64,000 bases of DNA from Squalus acanthias (taxonomy: Eukaryota). The number at the start of each line of letters is the position of its first letter. Position 1 is the stretch's first letter. Shown in pieces: positions 1 through 13,823 of the stretch. The notes beneath the pieces were generated by a model. The model was not told where the DNA came from and ran no database searches. It saw nothing but the letters and a program-made list of their open reading frames with translations. Both the position numbers and the translations under genes were made by a program. The stretch spans positions 8,308,001 through 8,372,000 of the forward strand of contig CM059446.1 of the NCBI GenBank assembly GCA_030390025.1, written 5' to 3'.

Positions 1-1574
1 TTCCTTTCACACTCATCACAATTGGCGGGGGGAGGGGGAGTTATGTCTCAACATTCACTGGAACTCACTAAGACACTTCCAAAGGTGAGCACAGATCTGT
101 CCAATAAGGTAAAGTGTTGAAAATATAGATTTCAATGTTTGACAACACATTAACAGAAACTTCATATGAACATTGGCTAAACCACCCAGGTGCCTACCCT
201 TGTGTGTTGTTAGTTCGTATGCTTGCAGTAGGTTGAGGGTGAGTGTGAGGGGTGGCTAGTGAGATGGGGAAGTGATAATGTCGATAGAGAGGGATGGGTG
301 GAGGTGCAGGTAAGTTGGTGAGAGTAAAGATGTGCAGGAGTAGGGTAGGGAAGGCAGAGTGATGGGGATGTGATGAGTGGCACAGCAGGATGAGGTTGAG
401 TGTGGCTTGGCAGTAACATTTCGTGATCTGCTCAGATCATTGAAAGGTTTGCACCACTGCAGCCTGGTCCTCCTGACGACATCCCTGCTTCTGCCCTACT
501 GTGCAATGTGCAACCAGGCTGCGTTGATCTCCTGGGGAGGTCTCTTCCACCCATTGGAAGGGAAGAGAACCTCCCTGCGTGCTGCGACTCCCTCCATAAG
601 GGAGTCATGGGAGAGCCTGGCTACAGCCGTGCACCTTTGTGCAGTGCTTGTCAGTGTTTGCAGCACCTCAATGCTGTAGAACACTGACAGCAGAACTGTC
701 AAGATCAATTTGGACATGGCCCCTTTAAGGAAATCAAATGACGTCATCAGACCCGCTTCCTATTAATTGGCCGGGAACCTCGCAGGGCGGGCTTGACAAG
801 CCCCATCAACGGAAAACCGCTTGGAGAGTGCGGGCTGCAGTAGGCAGCGGGCTGGGACTGCGACACAGACCCCGGCCGGCGAAATCGCGGCCAGTGAGTT
901 CCTGGTCCCAGCTGAGCGTGTGTTGATCGGAGGTGAGGCACATCCCAGAAAAAGAGAGAGAGAGAAGAAAAACTAGAAGGTGAATCAATCCGCAGTTCTC
1001 TCATCCATCATCTCATGACCTGATTGAAATTTGCACATGAGACAATGGAAACTGGTGCATGTTAGATAACGCAGTAATGATGCATGGGATGAAAAGGATC
1101 AAAAGAATTGGGAGACAATGGAAATGAAACCCACCCAACAGCATGCCTTAACCTCAAATTCTGAAGAGCACTCTTGGCACCAGTAGGACATGTCCATTTC
1201 CCACAGCCAAATTCCTCTGTTGCCAAATTACTGTCAAATTGTACTGAGGTACACTGACTTGATAGCTGTAGAGCAACAAACAGCTCCTCCTTGAAATACT
1301 ACATTAATGTATCAAACTAATAAAGCCTTTAGCATTTCAGCACTTGGAAGCTCAACTGGGAGACCAAGCCTTCTGGAGCCTGTCAGGAGTTGACAGAAAA
1401 TTCTTTTACATGGACTTCCCGCAGCCATATCGTCCACCATTTTAATTTTCTTAAAACAGGAAGTGATGCAGAGAAACTTCCTGGATACCGTTCACGAGCA
1501 AGCTCTGGGTAACTGGCGCATCACAAATAAAGTATACCGGGGTTCTCATTCGGCCCGTTCCCTTCTCTCCTCAG

Positions 1575-1957
1575 CTTTTTCCTTCAACGCCAAAATCCAA
1601 GACATCGAGGGGAAGTTATTGGTTGCGTCCAGTGGAAATGCAAGCTTTCAGAAAGCCAAAGAAATGTGCAGAAAAGCAGGAGGGGAACTTGCCAGCCCGA
1701 GTAACTCCGCTGAAAACGAAGCCCTTTTGACCATTGTGAAAGAAATGGGAAGAAGTATATTTCTTGGAATTAATGCTGTCCAGACAAAGGGCTCATTTAA
1801 GTATCTAAATGGAGATAAAATTGTTTACAGCAACTGGTCACCCGGGGAACCCAATAATGCAAATAATAAAGAAGACTGTGTTATGGTTCTGGGCAATGGG
1901 ATGTGGAATGATATTAGCTGTGATAATCGGTATACCGTTGTCTGTGAATTTGTGTAA
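1575..1957 (+). CDS. Terminal exon (C-type lectin domain) of a collectin, MBL/surfactant protein D-like
   Basis: Polypyrimidine tract plus tcag acceptor ending at 1574. Translation has C...GGELASP, FLGI, YSNWSPGEPNN (EPN mannose-type motif), EDCV, GMWNDISC and VVCEF-stop. AATAAA at 2136-2141. Upstream exons were not found in the window. Confidence 0.92.
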
Positions 1958-2621
1958 AGACTACTCCACTTAAAGTGGCCATGATCCTCAAACAAATTCT
2001 CAAGCATCTTCCTGCTAGATAATCCCGAGTGGCAATGTTACCAGCAAGAGGGCGAGGTAACACTTGTGGTGATTGGCATCACTCTACCTTTTCCACGTGC
2101 TATTAAATTCAGCTGGAATGGAATATTGAACATTGAATAAAACACCAATTAAGCCATTTATTAGAGGTAGCCTCATTTGAATAAGTCAGATTGGCGATTT
2201 TTTTTTTGGAAGCGGGCACTAAACAGCTTTACCTTGAGATCACGGTTTGCAGTATTAGCCCATGAACTGTGAATGGGTTAGCACCGCGGTTAAAATAGCA
2301 AACTAGGCTAAGTTGTACAAATACGTTAAAATGCGCAGCTGATGTGGCAAGCAGTAACTTCTAGTCTCCGCTATTCAAGTTAGGTATGAACTATTGTAAT
2401 CCCACCCACTGCTCTGGCTCAATACCACCCTTGTCGATACCTACACCTGTCAGCCATAGCTAAGTGGGTAGCACTCTCTGAGTCAGTAGGTTGTGGATTC
2501 AAGCCCCACTCCAGCACAAAAACCTAGGCTGACACTCCAGTGCAGTACTGAGGGGAGTGCTGCACTGTCGGAGGTGCCGTCTTTCGGATGAGATGTTAAA
2601 CCTGCTCTCTCAAGTGGATGT

Positions 2622-3210
2622 AAAACAGGGCCTTGGTGAGGCCACACCTGGAGTACTGTGTGCAGTTTTGGTCTCCTTACCTAAGAAAGGGTATACTTGT
2701 CATAGAGGGAGTGCAGCGAAGGTTCACCAGATTGATTCCTGGGATGGCAGGACTGTCGTAGGAGGAGAGATTGGGTCGACTAGGCCTGTATTCACTAGAG
2801 TTTAGAAGAATGAGAGGGGATCTCATTGAAGCGTATAAAATTCTGACAGGGCTAGACAGACTGGATGCAGGGAGGATGTTTTCCCCTGGCTGGGGGTCTA
2901 GAACGAGGGGTCACAGACTCAGGATACGAGGTAGGACATTTAGGACTGAGATGAGGAGAAATGTCTTCACTCAGAGGGTGGTGAACCTGTGGAATTCTCT
3001 ACCACAGAAGGCTGTGGAGGCCAAGTCACTGAATATATTTAAGAAGGAGATAGATAGATTTCTAGACACAAAAGGCATCAAGGGGTATGGGGAGAGAGCG
3101 GGGGATATGGTATTGAGGTAGAGGATCAGCCATGATCATATTGAATGGCGGAGCAGGCTCGAAGGGCCGAATGGCCGACTCCTGCTCCTATTTTTCTATG
3201 TTCTATGTTT
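2622..3210 (+). mobile_element. CR1 LINE 3' fragment
   Basis: LGLYSLEFRRMRGDLIE...FTQRVVNLWNSLP, ending in a (ttctatg) tail. Confidence 0.88.
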
Positions 3211-5712
3211 CTAAAAGAAGAGCAGGGGAGTTCTCCCCGGTGCCCTGGCCAATATTTATCCCTCAATCAACATCACAAAAACAGATTATCTGGTCATTAT
3301 CACATTGCTGTTTGTGGGAGCTTGCTGTGCGCAAGTTCGTCCCCAAGTCACACACCATCCTGACTTGGAAATATATCGGCCGTTCCTTCATCGTCGCTGG
3401 GTCAAAATCCGGGAACTCGCTCCCTAACAGCACTGTGGGAGTACCTTCACCACACGGACTGCAGCGGTTCAAGAAGGCGGCTCACCACCACCTTCTCGAG
3501 GACAATTGGGGATGGGCAGCAAATGCTGGGCCTTGCCAGCGACGCCCACATCTCACGAATGAATCAAGCTTTTTGAATTCATTTAACCCCCTAGTTGTTG
3601 TTGTAGGCATCTGAAGTGATTCATATCTGGCACCATCTTAGCCCCAAGGTGTGTGAGAGTACAAAGCACAAACGTCACTGAATTCAGCACTCCACTGACA
3701 GGCCCAGAGTTGGCATCGCCGTTAGTGCTATTCTGGTGTTGTGGTTAAGCTCAACACGGAGAGACGGTTTCTTAGTCTTCCTGTTTTGCCTAACTGAGAA
3801 ACAATAGCATATCTGCAGCTGAGATCTGTATATTTAATGGTTTTAACAGAACCACGCAGATAAACTCCAAGTGTCAGAGAGAGAGAGCAGACCTGTCACG
3901 GCTGATTGATGCTGTAGATAAATGCAACCGTCAATTGGCTTGATAAATGAAACATTATCTGTTCAGAAAAAACATTTCTGATTAATTGCAGTTGATTTGC
4001 CCTCGGGGTCCCAGCCTGACAATGCTCAGTAATATTTACTTTTTCATTCAGATTTAAATTGGTGTGGACATTAATAATTTGATCATTTTAATATTTTAAT
4101 AAAAAACATATCACACAATCTGGTTATGGAAGTGACTGGCACAATAACCTATCAGGAAAGATTGAACAGGCTGGGGCTCTTTTCTCTAGAAAAGAGAAGA
4201 CTGAGGGGTGACCTGATAGAGATCCCTTAAGATTATGAAAGAGTTCGATAGTGTAGACATAGAGAAGATGTTTCCACTCATGGGGGGAAGGCCAAAACTA
4301 GAGGACATAAATATAAAATAGTCACTAATAAATCCAATAGGGAATTCAGGAGCAATTTCTTTACCCCGAGAGTGGTGAGAATGAGGAGCTAGGGAGTAGT
4401 TGAGGCTAATAGCATAGATGCATTCAAGGGAAAACAGAAAGACTTGCATTTATATAGCGCCTTTCATGACCACCGGGCGTCTGAAAGCGCTTTACAGCCA
4501 ATGAAGTACTTTTGAAGGGGAGTCACTGTTGTAATGTGGGAAACGCGGCAGCCAATTTGCGCACAGCAAGCTCCCACTAACAGCAATGTGATAATGTCCA
4601 GAACATCTGTTTTGGTTATGTTGGTTGAGGGAGAAGTATTGGCCAGGACACCGGGGAGAACTCCCCTGCTCTTCTTCGAAATAGCGCCGTGGGATCTTTT
4701 ACGTCCACCTGAGAGAGCAGACGGGGCCTCGGTTTAATGTCTCATCCGAAAGACGGCACCTCCGACAGTGCGGCACTCCCTCAGCACTGCACTGGGAGCG
4801 TCAGCCTAGCTTTTTGTGCTCAAGTCTCTGAGGTACAACCTGAGGCTATCGCAAAGGTGAAGCGAAGATAGTACCAGAGATGCTGCGATGCAGCAACGAT
4901 CTAATTGCATCTAGATCGAGGTTTAAAAGCCAGCTCTGGAACACGAACACACACCGTCCATTGCGGTACTATACCACAGTCAAGTTTGTTTTTCCCTCCA
5001 CAAACATCATTTAATGCTGTGCCCTGCAGTCTAATGTGTTCTAGTGCGAATGAACTGCTAGTTAAGCATTGAAATACTTAACAGTCCTACCTGATTTCTT
5101 AAACTCGGTTTTGTCCAAGACCAGGGTCTCTCTCGTCTGTCTCTCGCCTTGCCCGGTTGACTCACACCTATTCCAAGTTCCGGCCTACACTCTGCTTTTA
5201 ACAGCCTCACCATTCCAGAGATCAGAAGAAAGGGAGTGCCCCTGCTGTACTGTTCTTTTAATTCTCAGGGATCCTGCTCTTTAAGCAAGGGTAGCGTTTG
5301 ATCCTTTGGGGAGGGGTGGGCGGAGAGCGAGTTGGGGATTAGAACTAGAGTCAGGAGGCTGTGTGCGTGCCCTCTCAACCCTCCTTGGATCTCTTCTGGT
5401 TTCGAGGAATCTGGTGTCGGGGGGTGGCAGAAGCCTTCATCCCGGTTTGCGGCTTTGGAGAACTTGGGAATTTTTGGTTTCCCTCTTGCAGAGCTTCTTA
5501 GGGTGGGGGGATTGCTGAGTCATTTGTTGAGTCATGCACACCCAGCCTGTTATCCTCTGCAACGTCAGGTCATCCTTTCCTTCCACAGATGCTGTGCCAG
5601 CAACTGGTGTACAGCATCAGGGCTGGCACGAGCCCTGTGGATGTTGTGCTAAGTTGGTCCCAAATCATGTGAGGACAGGTGGACTTCCTCAGGGACAAGG
5701 TCTCCCAGTCCT

Positions 5713-5725
5713 TGCCCCCTGGTGG
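5713..5725 (-). promoter_or_regulatory. CTCF consensus motif within a putative enhancer/insulator
   Basis: The minus strand reads CCACCAGGGGGCA. Two TGAGTCA (AP-1) sites lie at 5516 and 5528. Motif evidence only. Confidence 0.45.
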
Positions 5726-5904
5726 TGTGGAAGAGTTCAACTGGAGCTGTGTAAGCCTCAGTTTACCAAGAATGCCTTTAAATTAATTCGGGGTTGGGGA
5801 GGTATAGCTATCACGCTGATAAAATATAAACTTATAATGAGAAAAGACTTCCAACAAGACCATTTATCCTCTGAATTTATTTCATTTCCTGAAAGAGGGG
5901 TGTA

Positions 5905-6205
5905 TAAGTAAGAATATAAGGAGCAGGAGTCGGCCATACGGCCCCTCGAGCCTGCTCCGCCATTCAATAAGATCATGGCTGATCTTCGACCTCAACTCCA
6001 CTTTCCCGCCCGATCCCCTTGATTCCCCTAGAGTCCAAAAATCTATAGATCTCAGCCTTGAATGACTCAGCATCCACAGCCCTCTGGGGCAGAGAATTCC
6101 AAAGATTCACAACCCTCTTGAGTGAAGAAATTCCTCCTCATCTCAGTCTTAAATGGCCGACCCCTTATCCTGAGACTGTGACCCTCTAGTTCCAGACTCT
6201 CCAGC
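5905..6205 (-). mobile_element. CR1 LINE 3' fragment
   Basis: Same C-terminal ORF2 and 3' UTR hairpin region as the other copies. Confidence 0.82.
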
Positions 6206-7064
6206 CAGGGGTGTTTAGCACTTGCAAAACAAATTACACACAGAAGACACATGTGAACTGTGAGCGCAATTTTTTATCAATTGAACTCTGACCCAAGGAA
6301 TGGTCATTTGCGTGAGCTGTTGCTGCTCTTAAAGGTGTAGTCCCTCAGTAATGGAGTCGTAATTCATATTGAGATATATTTTCTTGTGACGCTAATTTTA
6401 ATGAAAATGTAGAAGAGCGTAAAGTTGGAGCGCTGCTTGATGCTGACCCTTGCTAAAATTAGTGATCAGAGCAAAATCGATCCCATTGGACTTGGCAACA
6501 GAGAGTAGAACTTCCCAGGAGAGAAATCTCTGGGAGTTCTGAGACCCCCCAGATATAAATCCAGCAATACCCGCACACATCTCAGCGTCTAGTGTCACAG
6601 TCAGGACATCTAAATCCAGCCGGTTCCGTTCCACAGATGGTTCTGATCCCAGCTGCTCTGATTTTGAGATGGCCTCTTCAAGCAGAGAAGCAGTGGAAAA
6701 TATGACGGTACAGGGAGCATCTATGGAGATAGAGCAGGGGGAGTGGGACACATTGGACAGCCCTACCAAAGAGCCGGCACAGGCATGATGGGCTGAATGG
6801 CCTCCGTCTGTGCTGTTTCATTCTATGATTCTAAAGACTGCAGAATGCTCCCTAAACGCCTGCTCCATTAACAGGGGGGAACGGACAATAATTTTAACGT
6901 TATCGCATTAAGATCATCTCAACCACCCACCCCATCGAAATAATTGGATGAAAAGGCTTTTGTGGTTCTCATTTCCTCCTCGTTATTTCCAGTCAGAATG
7001 GGAATCCTTAAAATATTCTACTGCTGCAAATAAAAATAAAGGCAGCTTTGCGATACGGTGATTA

Positions 7065-7520
7065 GCCGTGGCTCAGTGCGGAGCACCCTCACCTCTGAGT
7101 CGAAGGTTGTGGATAAGAAGAGACTTGACCACAAAATCTAGGCCGACACTCCAGTGCAGTGCTGAGGGAGCGCTGCACTGTCGGAGGTGCCGTCTTTCAG
7201 ATGAGACGTTAAGCCGAGGCCCTGTCTGCTCTCTCAGGTGGACGTAAAAGATCCCTTGGGACTATTTCGAAGAAGAGCAAGGGAGTTATCCCCGGTGTCC
7301 TGGGACCAATATTTATCCCTCAATCAACATCACTAAAAACAGATTAAACAGCCATTAACACATTGCTGTTTGTGGGAGCTTGCTGTGCGCAAATTGGCTG
7401 CCATGTTTCCTGACATTACAACAGTGACTGCACTCCAAAAAGTACTTCATTGCCTGCAAAGCGCTTTGGGGCGTCCAGAGGTCATGAAAGGCGCTATATA
7501 AATGCAAGTCTTTCTTTCTT
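7065..7520 (+). mobile_element. tRNA-derived SINE with an L2-like tail (other copies at about 2452-2610, 4440-4830, 19270-19720, 30340-30790, 35975-36640, 44615-44990, 50065-50515, 51035-51495)
   Basis: tRNA-like head (gtggctcagt...ggttcaagtccc in the better copies), conserved core and aggcgctatataaatgcaag tail. Confidence 0.85.
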
Positions 7521-9010
7521 TAATACTATAAATAAATAAAATTGAAAGCAGCTTTACAAAATGTTTATTTGCAACAAAGCACGTTTATAACAAGCTACTT
7601 CCTAATGTCAACATATCATGAATCAACAATGTTTGAAAAGATTATAACTTCCAGAATGTGCCAATAAAGATACCGAACCACATGGAATTCTCCTTCAGAT
7701 AGTGAAGCCCGGATTGAGAATTTAATTGTCTATAATATGCACCGACTGTTGCACTGTACGTGCTGATGTCCGATGACTGGAAATGTAGGTCCTTGTTTGG
7801 GGCTGAAAGGAGGGCGTCCTCTTATCCACGTGTCATTGTGGTGGGGCCACTGCAGCTCCCTCTGGGGAGTGTCCTCACTCACTCCTGGCCTGGTCTCACT
7901 TGCCTGTGTATTCCGCACTCTCCAATGCCACTCTCATGACTCCAGGTTTCGGTCTCCTGCTCAGCTCTCTCACTTACCCCAGCTCTCACTCTCCTCTCTC
8001 AGGTTTCCAAACTCCTGCTCCCCATCTTTCAGATTCTCCTGCTCCCCTCTCTCAGGCTCCCAGTCTCCTGCTCCCCTCTCCCAGTCTCCTGCTCCCCTCA
8101 ACCCAGTCTGCTGCTCCCCTCTCCCAGTATCCTGCTTTCCTCTCCTGCTCCCAGTCTCCTGCTCCCCTCTCTGACTCCAGTCTCCTCTTTGTCTTCCTCA
8201 AATGTTCACCTCTCACTCTCTGCACAGTGCTGACAGATGGAGGGTGGGAGGTGTCTTATACAAGGGTCATGGAGTTTGTTTTTCAGGTTTTTTGACTGAT
8301 AATTGGGGCTTGTCTTGTTCATGAATATATGCAGAATGTGACGTACGTTGACTATATCATTCATATTTTTCGACTTTTTTTTGGTAATTAATACTTGATT
8401 CATTTAATAAACATTTACAATAATCACACCACGGTTATTAATGTGATGTTATTGCACGGAGACTCCTGACCACTGATATCCTCAATGGCACCATTAGTGG
8501 GACCGACAATATTGTTAACAGAAATCAAACCTGTTCCCAGCAATACTAGTGAACTGTAAAAGTGACGGATACATTTTAAGGCAGTAATACCCTCTCAGGG
8601 TTGAGTTATAAATAACTTCAGCTTCATTCTCTGATGTCTGAATCCCACACAAGGGCTTCAGCCTATACTGTAGGCCGGAATCCCCACCGTGACATTGTCA
8701 GAGGTGCCCCCAGTCCTTTGGAGGAGCTGTTGGGGTAATTTTCCACACACGGAGTCCCGCTCACCGGCAGAACGAATCAAAGATTGGGGTGCACATTGGG
8801 GTCCTGACTCTGGCCCTCTGTTGCCGCCCCCCCCTCCCTTTGCCCCACCCCCAGTGGCAGATCCTTCAACTGTCTCAGGCACACTATCGGTACGCCCTCC
8901 TTCTCCCGCTCCACCGCCCCGCCTCTCCTCTTCGCTCTCCACCTTTATAAACCCAACTTTATGAGCGAGCTGGCGGTCACGCCTTCCCCTCTCTGTCTCT
9001 GTGAATTGGG

Positions 9011-9391
9011 TAGGGTTGCCAACCTCTCCAGGACTGCCCTGGAGTCTCCAGGAATTAACGATTAATCTCCAGGACACTCGCTGCCAGCAAACCTGGGAGA
9101 AAAATCACAGGGACATTAAAAAAAAGTGTATGGATTTTTGTCATTTTCTTCGAACATTTATTAGTTAGAAAAATATTGGAGACGGGACAAAAAGGCGGTT
9201 CGATTGACAATCGAGCATCGTTCAATTGGGTAATTAAGAGCCTGTTTGCTTTCCAATTGGTGGAGAAAGCGGTGCGCTGTGAGGATGGACGTGTCGGGCG
9301 ACCAATGGGAGCTTGAGGGCGGAGTGATTGGAGACAAGAGGTCATGTGATGAAACCTTCAGGAATACGTCCAACCAGAGTTGGCAACCCTG
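9011..9391. mobile_element. hAT-like MITE (mirror copy about 40055-40437)
   Basis: TIRs tagggttgccaac / gttggcaaccctg. Degenerate 8-bp TSD gaattggg / gtcttggg. Confidence 0.7.
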
Positions 9392-9640
9392 GTCTTGGGG
9401 GTCGTTCCTCTATCTCTCTCCATTGGGAGTGACCACTCGTATAAAATCACCCCGACTTAACCGAGATAGCAAACATTTCTAAACATGGCTCTTTGACGGA
9501 AAAAGAAAGAGGCAAGCACTAAGAATTCTTCACGATTGGACTATAGGCAATGCGTATTAAGTTTAGCTTCAGTCACAAGTGGAGGAGAGCACAGCGCGAA
9601 GGGACTGATCAGCGAGCGTCTGCGCTGGCACAATGTGGCG

Positions 9641-9807
9641 TCAGGAAATGACACGCATGGCGGCATTGGCGCTGCCATCCACCTCCGGGATCCGGCAGAC
9701 CCGTCTCTTACAGACGACCCCCGACACAACAACGCCATACGCTAGGCTGACAAAGATGATGCTCAGGAACGAGAACGCCGCCACCTCTAATCCATGGAAG
9801 GTACTGG
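9641..9807 (-). CDS. Antigen-receptor gene, left copy: TM/cytoplasmic exon
   Basis: Copy of 39639-39805 with one amino-acid difference (ASTFHG versus ASTYHG). Confidence 0.83.
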
Positions 9808-11732
9808 CTGTGGAAAGAGCACGAAATAGAAATGAGACACTCAGGAGTGGACGGGAAACACCTTGAATGGTGCACATTCCAACGCAGGAAGACGTAAGGC
9901 GAGGCCCGTGTCTTGCAGAACACTAGAGTCCGCAGCTGGAACCAATCTACAACAGAACTTCGATTACCTTCAGTCCCCATTGTCCCCACCCTTCGTTATC
10001 CCATGCCCGATATATCTGCTAAAAGGATTAAATTATCAGGACAGGTTGCATAGACTAGGCTTATAGTCCCTTGGGTATAGATGATTAAGGGGTGATCCAA
10101 TTGAGTTGTTTAAGATGATTAAAGGAGTTGATAGGCGAGATAGAGAGAAAATATTTCCTCTGGTGGGAGAGTCCAGAACAAGGGGGCATAACCTTAAAAT
10201 TAGAGCTAGGCCGTTCAGGAGTGATGTCACGAAGCACTTCTTCTCACACAGGGTAATGGAAATCTGGAACTCTCTCCCCCAAACAGCTGGGAGTCAATTG
10301 AAAATTTCAAAAGTGAGATTGATAGATTTTTGTTAAGTAAGAGTATTAAGGGTTACAGAACCGAGGTATATTCAGTAAACTAACACGTGACTGGTTTCAC
10401 AAGATTTTCTCTCACATCTCGTGACCTGCCTGGAAATGATTCATTCACAACTGTGCTATTCTTAGGCTATCTAGACAGGACACCAAGTGTAAAAAAAAGT
10501 GTCACACAAGTACAACAACAACAACTTGCATTATATAGCGCCTTTAATGTAGTAAAACGTCCCAAGGTGCTTCACAGGGGCAATTATCAAACAGAATTTG
10601 ACCGAGCCACATAAGGAGGTATTGGGAAAGAGGTAGGTTTTAAGGAGCGTCTTAAAGGAGGAGAGAGAGGTAGAGAGGCGGAGAGGTTTAGGGAGGGAAT
10701 TCCATGGCTTAGGGCCCAGGCAGCTGAAGGCACGGCCGCCAATGGTGGAGCGATTAAAATCAGGGATGTGCAAGGGGCCAGAATTGGAGGAGCGCAGAGA
10801 TCTCGGAGGGTTGTAGGATTGGACGAGCTTACAGAGATAGGGAAGGGCGTCTACAATGATTATAGTGATGAAGTGGATGACGATACGATGTTGATGAGGA
10901 TGACTTGTACTACTGATGAAAAGGAAGACAGTAATGGCCCGGGTGAAGACTAGGATGGCTATGGCAATATTGGTGAGGGTAACTGTTGTTCTGTTGAGAC
11001 TGCTGCCAGTGAAGTCAAGGCTGACTTGGTGATGCTGATGAGATCATGTTGGTGCTTCTGTGGGTGAGAATGATGAAGATGCGATGTTGGTGGTGATGAT
11101 AACAATGCTGACTTTCACGACCAAGGTAACATCATTGATGATAAGAATGACTTGACGCTGGTGAAGACCACACCTTTAGTTCTGCTGCTGCTGGATATGG
11201 TTGGAGATGAAGGTTGGAGATGAAGATTCGGATGATAATTTTTGGTTGGGTTACCTGCTTCTGCGATTGACGATGATTTAAAAAAACGAATTCTCGTGTT
11301 CTAATCCCTCCATGGCCTCGCCCCTCCTTATCTCTGTAACCTCCTCCAGCCCTACAACTCTCCGCAAATTCTGCATTCCTCCAACTCTGGCCTCTTGCTG
11401 ATCCCCGACTTCCTTCACCCCACCATTGGCGGCCGTGCCTACAGCAGTCTCGACCCTAAGCTCTGGAATTTCCTCCCTAAACCTCTCCACCTCTCCATCT
11501 CCTTTAAGCCGCTCCTTAAAAACCTAATTCTTTGAACAAGCTTTTGGTCACCTGTCCTAATGTCTCCTTTATGTGGCTCACTCGCTGTCAATTTTTGTCT
11601 GGTTTCGCTCCTGTGAAGCAGCTCGGGGCGTTTCACTTTGTTAAAGGCGCTATATAAATGCAAGTTGTTGTTGATTTGAGCTGTTTATTTCGAGAATTAA
11701 ACGGTTTATAAATGAAACAAAAGCTCCTTTAC

Positions 11733-11777
11733 CGGAAGACAAGCTCTCTGAGCCCGGATATCCGCACTTCTCCGAAT
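11733..11777 (-). CDS. Antigen-receptor gene, left copy: connecting-peptide exon
   Basis: Reverse-complement copy of 37656-37700 with splice sites intact. Confidence 0.78.
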
Positions 11778-12381
11778 CTGTGAAATGTTTTGTAAAATGG
11801 AACAATAATTAATAAAATATTCCATTCCTCTTACAGAGTCTGGTGCACCAAGAACAATTGGCAGAATCAGCCTATATTTCAATATATATTTTGTACAGCT
11901 CCAATATCTAGACGTTGCCAAGGGATACGCAGTGGCTATAGATAATGTGGTAGTTTACAGTAGTTTATACAACCTTACCGACACCCACTGTGCTCTCTGA
12001 GGCGGCCGCGCACCGATCGCCGCGCTCTTCAGTTGAAAGGCCGCGCAGAGAAGCAGGGCAGCGGCAGGAGCGAGGGCCCGAGGCCCGAGGCCCAATAGCC
12101 AATGGCCCCGGGAATCCAGACAGAGTCGCTTGTGAGTCTTGCGACCTCAGAGCCGATCTCAATGGCAGCTCCTGAAGAGTGTATTCTGATGGTGGATGGG
12201 TTGCTGTCTAACACCGGGAGGGGTTTGGTTGACTCCCTTGAACTTTGACCTGACGGCGGGAGAATCCCCCCCCCGCACCCCCCGCGCGCTCTCTGTTTAT
12301 TCGCCTTCGGTGAGACACCTGAGCCGCGCATGCACCGTGTCCAGTTGGGCCACGCTTTCGTGCGGAGGTCAGGGGGCATCT

Positions 12382-12423
12382 GAGAGAGAGAGAGAGACTG
12401 GGGGAGACAGAGAGAGAGACGGG

Positions 12424-12464
<41 letters not shown>

Positions 12465-13336
12465 GGGGAGAGACAGAGAGAGACTGGGGAGAGAGAGAGA
12501 GAGACTGGGGGAGAGAGAGAGAGAGACGGGGGGAGAGAGAGAGAGAGAGAGAGATAGAGGGACTGGGGGAGAGAGAGAGAGAGACTGGGGAGAGAGAGAG
12601 AGACTGGGGGAGAGAGAGAGAGAGAGAGAAAGACTGGGAGAGAGAGAGAGAGAGAGAGACTGGGGGAGAGAGAGAGAGAGACTGGGGGAGAGAGAGAGAG
12701 AGACTGGGGGAGAGAGAGAGAGACTGGGGAGATGAGAGAGAGAGTCTGGGGTGAGAGAGAGAGTGACTGGGGGAGAGGGAGAGAGACTGGGGGAGAGAGA
12801 GAGAGACTGGGGGAGAGAGAGAGACTGGGACAGAGAGAGAGAGACTGGGAAAGAGAGAGAGACTGGGGTGAGAGAGAGAGTCTGGGGGTGAGAGAGAGAG
12901 AGAGACTGGGAAAGAGAGAGAGACTGGGGGTGAGAGAGAGAGTCTGGGGGTGAGAGAGAGAGTGACTGGGGGAGAGAGAGAGAGACTGGGGAGAGAGAGA
13001 GAGACTGGGGGAGAGAGAGAGAGACTGGGACAGAGAGAGAGAGACTGGGAAAGAGAGAGAGATTGGGGGTGAGAGAGAGAGTCTGGGGGTGAGAGAGAGA
13101 GAGACTGGGGGAGAGAGAGAGAGACTGGGGGAGAGAGAGAGACTGGGGGAGAGAGAGAGACTGGGGGAGAGAGAGAGAGACTGGGGAGAGAGAGAGTGAC
13201 TGGGAGAGAGAGAGAGACAGAGAGAGACTGGGAGAGAGAGAGAGAGAGACTGGGAAAGAGAGAGAGAGACTGGGGAGAGAGAGACGGAGAGAGAGAGACT
13301 GGGAAAGAGAGAGACTGGGGAGAGAGAGAGAGACTG

Positions 13337-13371
<35 letters not shown>

Positions 13372-13791
13372 GGGGAGAGAGAGAGAGACTGGGAGAGAGA
13401 GAGAGACTGGGGGAGAGAGAGAGAGACTGGGGAGAGAGAGAGAGACTGGGGAGAGAGAGAGACTGGGGAGAGAGAGAGAGACTGGGAGAGAGAGAGAGAC
13501 TGGGGGAGAGAGAGAGACTGGGGGAGAGAGAGAGAGACTGGGAGAGAGAGAGAGAGACTGGGAGAGAGAGAGAGAGAGAGAGAGAGACTGGGGGGAGAGA
13601 GAGAGACTGGGGGAGAGAGAGAGACTGGGGGAGAGAGAGAGAGACTGGGAGAGAGAGAGAGAGAGAGAGAGAATGGGGGAGAGAGAGAGAGACTGGGAGA
13701 GAGAGAGAGACTGGGGGAGAGAGAGAGACTGGGGGAGAGAGAGAGAGACTGGGAGAGAGAGAGAGAGACTGGGAGAGAGAGAGAGAGACTG

Positions 13792-13823
<32 letters not shown>

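Noticed and set aside
6398-6769. 123-aa ORF in apparently unique DNA
   Set aside because: No recognisable domain or splice context, and it begins in a LINE tail.
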